A stretch of DNA of 32,000 nucleotides from positions 795,776 through 827,775 of the forward strand of contig NC_001263.1 in the NCBI RefSeq assembly GCF_000008565.1, given 5' to 3'. Of the stretch, positions 28,684-32,000 are shown one piece after another. Origin of the DNA: Deinococcus radiodurans R1 = ATCC 13939 = DSM 20539. GTDB lineage: Bacteria > Deinococcota > Deinococci > Deinococcales > Deinococcaceae. The notes under the pieces were generated by a model that did not search any database, was not told where the DNA came from, and saw nothing but the letters and a program-made list of their open reading frames with translations. The position numbers were made by a program, and so were the translations under genes. Within the stretch, counting starts at the first letter, position 1, and each line of letters begins with the position of its first letter.

Positions 28684-30459
28684 TTACTGCCCGGTGATTG
28701 CCTTGAGGGGGTTGACGAGGCCGGAGCCGAAGTCGTTGTCCTTGCCCGCCGCGCCGAGGTCCTTGGCGGTGGAGGTGAGCAGGTTGAGCAGCTGGGTGTT
28801 GGTCAGGGTGGGCTTGGCGGCCCAGACCACGGCGGCGGCGGCGCTCACGTGGGGGGTCGCCATGCTGGTGCCGTCGAAGAAGTCGTAGTCCGCGCCGGTC
28901 ACGGCCACGGTGCCGGTGGTCGGCAGCTTGCCCAGCAGCGCTTGCCCATCGGCCTGGAGAATGCCCACCACAGGCACGCTGTAGGCGTTGGTCAGGCTCG
29001 TGCCCAGGGGGCCCGCCGCGTTGTTGTAGATCATGACGGCTTTGGCGCCGCTGGCGACCGCGTTGGCGGTCTTTTCCTCGAAAGAGCAGGTGCCGCGCGC
29101 GATCAGGGCGATGTTGCCGCTCAGCGCCGCGTTGCGGGTGGAGGTGCCGCAGAACTCGTTGGCGCCCGCCGTGCCGGTGCCGTCGCCCGCCTTGACGATG
29201 GCGCCGCTGAAGGTCGCCTTGCCGCTCTTGTCCGCCGCGCTCACGTCGGTGAAGGTCACGCCGCCGCCCGAGGCGCTGGCCCTGGTGCCCTGACCGAGCG
29301 GAATGCTGCTCAGCACGCTCACGCCGGGGCCGACGAGGTCCACCTGGCTGCCGAAGTTCGAGAAGCTGGCCCTGGCCTCCGCGCTGTCGATGGCACCCAC
29401 GCCCACCACGTTGGTGTAGGCGGCGGGGTAGGACACGGCGGCGCCGTCGTTGCCGGTAGCGGCGACCGTCAGCACGCCTTTGTTGTAGACGCTGGTGTAG
29501 GCCCGCTGCTCGGTCTGGCTGGCGCGGCCCCCACCCAGCGACAGGCTGATGACGACCTTGCTCTCGGTGCCGCCCTGCGACTTGAGCTGCGCGGCGCACC
29601 AGTTGACCCCGTTGATGATGCCGCTCGAAGACCCGGAGCCGTCGTCGCCCAGCACGCGGGCCATGTACAGGTTCACGCCGCTGGCGACGCCGCCCACACC
29701 GTTCGCGTCCATGCCGCTTTGCAGGCCGCTTGCGCCCGTGCCTGCGCCGTACTGGGCGAACACCGTGCCCGCGACGTGGGTGCCGTGGTGCGACACGTCG
29801 TTGAGCTGGTAGGGGTCGTTGCGATTGAGGTCCGCCGTGAAGTTCTTGAAGCCCTTGATTTTCTTCTGGAATTCGGGGTGGTTGCCGTCGATGCCCGTGT
29901 CACCGATGCACACGGCCACGCCCGCCCCGGTGTAGTTGCTGGCGCGAAGCTGCTCGACCTTGAGCGCGTTGTCGCCCCAGGTGTACTCGCCGCTGGCGGT
30001 GTACGGCGGGGTGGTCAGGGCGAGGCTGCTCAGGTTGCCGCCCTTGCTGGCGCCCGCGTCGGTGCTGCCGCTCTTAAAGCCCTGGGCGCGGCGCACCAGA
30101 TCAGGCTCCACGTACTCCACCAGCGGGTTTTTCTCCAACTTGCTCAGCGCCTCGGGCGAGAGCTTGACCGCCGCCGCGCTGATCTCGGTCCACTGGCTGG
30201 TCATCACGCCGCCTGCCGCCGTGATGGCCTGCGCCTGCACCGCCGCCTGCTCGCTCAGGCTCTGGCCCGTCATTCCTTGGGCGCTCAGCGCACCCTGCTT
30301 GAAACCGACCAGGTAAGCCCCGGCAATCACTTCGTTGTCCGCGCCGGGCTGGCTGGTCGCCGGCTGGCCCGCAGTGGGGGCCGGCGTATGAAGCTGCTGA
30401 CCGCAGGAAGCCAGGGTGAGGGCGAGGGTGGTGGCGAGCAGGGTGCGGGTGCGCTTCAT
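28684..30459 (-). CDS. subtilisin-like serine protease (peptidase S8) with propeptide and PA-domain insert; lipoprotein signal
   Basis: GGAGG sits 4 nt before ATG 30459. The lipobox is LTLASC in MKRTRTLLATTLALTLASCG. Catalytic motifs are VCIGDTGID (Asp), HGTHVAGT (His) and GTSMATPHVSAAAA (Ser). A PA-like insert reads IALIARGTCSFEEKTANAVASGAKAVMIYNN. Confidence 0.9.
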   Translation of the reverse strand: MKRTRTLLATTLALTLASCGQQLHTPAPTAGQPATSQPGADNEVIAGAYLVGFKQGALSAQGMTGQSLSEQAAVQAQAITAAGGVMTSQWTEISAAAVKLSPEALSKLEKNPLVEYVEPDLVRRAQGFKSGSTDAGASKGGNLSSLALTTPPYTASGEYTWGDNALKVEQLRASNYTGAGVAVCIGDTGIDGNHPEFQKKIKGFKNFTADLNRNDPYQLNDVSHHGTHVAGTVFAQYGAGTGASGLQSGMDANGVGGVASGVNLYMARVLGDDGSGSSSGIINGVNWCAAQLKSQGGTESKVVISLSLGGGRASQTEQRAYTSVYNKGVLTVAATGNDGAAVSYPAAYTNVVGVGAIDSAEARASFSNFGSQVDLVGPGVSVLSSIPLGQGTRASASGGGVTFTDVSAADKSGKATFSGAIVKAGDGTGTAGANEFCGTSTRNAALSGNIALIARGTCSFEEKTANAVASGAKAVMIYNNAAGPLGTSLTNAYSVPVVGILQADGQALLGKLPTTGTVAVTGADYDFFDGTSMATPHVSAAAAVVWAAKPTLTNTQLLNLLTSTAKDLGAAGKDNDFGSGLVNPLKAITGQ

Positions 30460-30745
30460 GGGGCCTCCGGGGAAAAGGGAAAAAGAGTAACGGCCTACCC
30501 ACGATGGGCAGGCGACGACTTTCTGTCAGGTCCTGAGAACCGACACCGAATTGAGCTTGGGCGGAATCCTAATGTCCCGCTTATGTTTCACCCACCAGGT
30601 TCACTAGACAACTTTTGAACGGGTGCAAAACAATGGGTTTTCTCTCTCGGAGAGGCGTTTGGATCGGCCTGGAAAGGTCACAAAGTGAACAATTGGAATG
30701 CTGTGCGGTTCCCTGCTGATGACAGCGGGCCGCTCACGAGTCGAT

Positions 30746-30774
30746 AAAAAGCCCCCAGCTTCTGCGCCGGGGGC
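30746..30774 (-). terminator. intrinsic terminator of the aldehyde dehydrogenase gene
   Basis: On the minus strand, GCCCCCGGC and GCTGGGGGC form a 9-bp stem (one G-U pair), followed by TTTTTAT. Confidence 0.7.
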
Positions 30775-30810
30775 CAAATCTTTTATCCATCACCCATCAT
30801 CTATCAACTG

Positions 30811-32000
30811 TCACCAGCGTTCCGTCACCGTCTTGAGCTGCATGAAGTTGCTCAGGTAATCCGGGCCGCCCGCCTTACTGTCCGTGCCGCTCATGTTGTA
30901 GCCGCCGAAGGGCTGCACGCCCACGATGGCGCCGGTGATCTTGCGGTTGAAGTACAGGTTGCCCACTTCAAACTCGGCGCGGGCCTGCTCCAGCCGCTCG
31001 CGGGAGTTGCTGCACACGCCCCCCGTCAGCCCGTACTCGGTGGAGTTGGCGATGTCGAGCGCGTCTTGCCAGTCTTTGGCCCGCAGCACGGCGACCACTG
31101 GCCCGAAGATTTCTTCCTGCGCCAGACGGGAGTTCCGGTCTACGTCGCCCACGATGGTCGGCTGAATGTAGTAGCCCTGCTTGCCGTTCGCTTCGCCCGT
31201 GGCCTCGCCGCCCAGCAGCACTTTGCCTTCGCTGGGGGCCAGTTCCAGATAGCCCTTGATCTTGTTGAAGCTCATCTGGTTCACGACGGCGGTCACGTTG
31301 GCGTTTTCCTCGCCCGTCCCCATCTTGAGGGCTTTAGCCCGTTCCACGAAGCCGTTGACCACTTCGTCGTACACGCTGTCCACCACGATCAGGCGGCTCA
31401 TGGCGCTGCACTTCTGGCCGTTGAAGCCGAACGCGCCCTGCGTGGCGGCGGTAATGGCGTTTTCGATGTCGGCGGTTTCGTCCACGATCAGGCCGTCTTT
31501 GCCGCCGAGTTCCATGATCACGCGCTTGATCCACTTCTGGCCCGGCTGCACTTTGGCCGCCACCTCGTTGATGTGCAGGCCCACCGCACGGCTGCCGGTG
31601 AAGGTGATGAAGCGGGTTTTGGCGTGCGTGGTCAGGTATTCGCCCACTTCCTTGCCCACGCCGGGCAGGAATTGCAGCACGCCGGCCGGCAGCCCGGCCT
31701 CGCGCAGGATGTCCACCATGAACCCGGCGATCAGGCCCGCATCCTCGGCGGGTTTCACCACGACGCAGTTGCCCGCCACGATGGGCGCCGCCGCCATGCC
31801 CACGAAAATGGCGCAGGGGAAGTTCCAGGGGCTGATGCTGACGCCCACGCCCAGCGGAATGCTCATCAGGCCGTTTTCCTCGCCTTCAAACCACGTCGTT
31901 TCGCTGCTGCCAAAGCCCGCGTACTTCATGGCGCTGCGGGCGTAGTACTCCAGAAAGTCAATCGCTTCGGCCACTTCCACGTCGGCCTCAGCGTAGTTCT
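30811..32000 (-). CDS. 1-pyrroline-5-carboxylate (L-glutamate gamma-semialdehyde) dehydrogenase; N-terminus lies outside the window
   Basis: Aldehyde dehydrogenase catalytic motifs ELGGKD and FNGQKCSA are present. [14 protein letters not shown] is typical of RocA/PruA-type P5C dehydrogenases. The frame stays open upstream of the track's GTG 31980 to the window end. Confidence 0.85.
   Translation of the reverse strand, partial: NYAEADVEVAEAIDFLEYYARSAMKYAGFGSSETTWFEGEENGLMSIPLGVGVSISPWNFPCAIFVGMAAAPIVAGNCVVVKPAEDAGLIAGFMVDILREAGLPAGVLQFLPGVGKEVGEYLTTHAKTRFITFTGSRAVGLHINEVAAKVQPGQKWIKRVIMELGGKDGLIVDETADIENAITAATQGAFGFNGQKCSAMSRLIVVDSVYDEVVNGFVERAKALKMGTGEENANVTAVVNQMSFNKIKGYLELAPSEGKVLLGGEATGEANGKQGYYIQPTIVGDVDRNSRLAQEEIFGPVVAVLRAKDWQDALDIANSTEYGLTGGVCSNSRERLEQARAEFEVGNLYFNRKITGAIVGVQPFGGYNMSGTDSKAGGPDYLSNFMQLKTVTERW

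Noticed and set aside
28523-29599. An upstream extension of the small membrane-protein ORF gives a 473-aa track ORF.
   Set aside because: The extension is antisense to the well-supported S8 protease gene and is Arg/Gly/Gln-rich. Only the last 114 codons look like a real (membrane) protein.
30460-30745. The relatively AT-rich 350-nt region upstream of the protease gene could host an sRNA or a mobile-element remnant.
   Set aside because: I could not find convincing inverted or direct repeats, promoter/terminator pairs or ORFs. It is most simply a long promoter/5' UTR region for the protease plus the terminator of the dehydrogenase gene.
31978-31980. GTG 31980 appears in the track as the start of the aldehyde dehydrogenase.
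   Set aside because: The frame remains open to the window end. The encoded residues (…[15 protein letters not shown]…) are mid-protein sequence for P5C dehydrogenases, so the gene is truncated by the window.

Overview
This is a GC-rich (roughly two-thirds G+C by eye), gene-dense bacterial chromosomal segment. I call 32 intact protein genes, 2 frame-disrupted genes, about eleven hairpin terminators, several small structured repeats and many -10-like boxes. I see no rRNA, tRNA, CRISPR array, transposase or prophage genes. The gene content and sequence habits look like a Deinococcus (radiodurans-like) chromosome: tandem NUDIX and GNAT paralogs, a CrtL-type lycopene cyclase, TatA-TatC-Lgt-GlmU, start codons 6-8 nt after TAnnnT boxes, and small hairpin repeats at gene ends. 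That assignment is my inference, not a search result. Most genes are ordinary housekeeping or metabolic functions. The items most worth follow-up are these. (1) A single 559-aa ORF (8451-10130) fuses a divergent PlsY-like membrane domain to an acyl-ACP-reductase-like (aldehyde-forming) Rossmann domain; it is a candidate membrane fatty-aldehyde-forming enzyme. (2) A translationally coupled UbiA-prenyltransferase / CrtI-family oxidoreductase pair (25887-28123) resembles carotenoid elongase/desaturase modules. (3) An ECF sigma factor with a long acidic Pro-rich tail is ATGA-coupled to an RskA-like anti-sigma gene broken by two frameshifts, directly upstream of the lycopene cyclase and a tiny acidic protein. 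(4) A ~70-nt hairpin repeat occurs twice with compensatory arm changes, and there is a 125-bp MITE-like element. (5) Leaderless-type promoter/start architecture is pervasive. Three apparent single-base frame disruptions in 32 kb also raise the possibility of sequence errors. All similarity statements are by-eye recognition of motifs; no searches were run.
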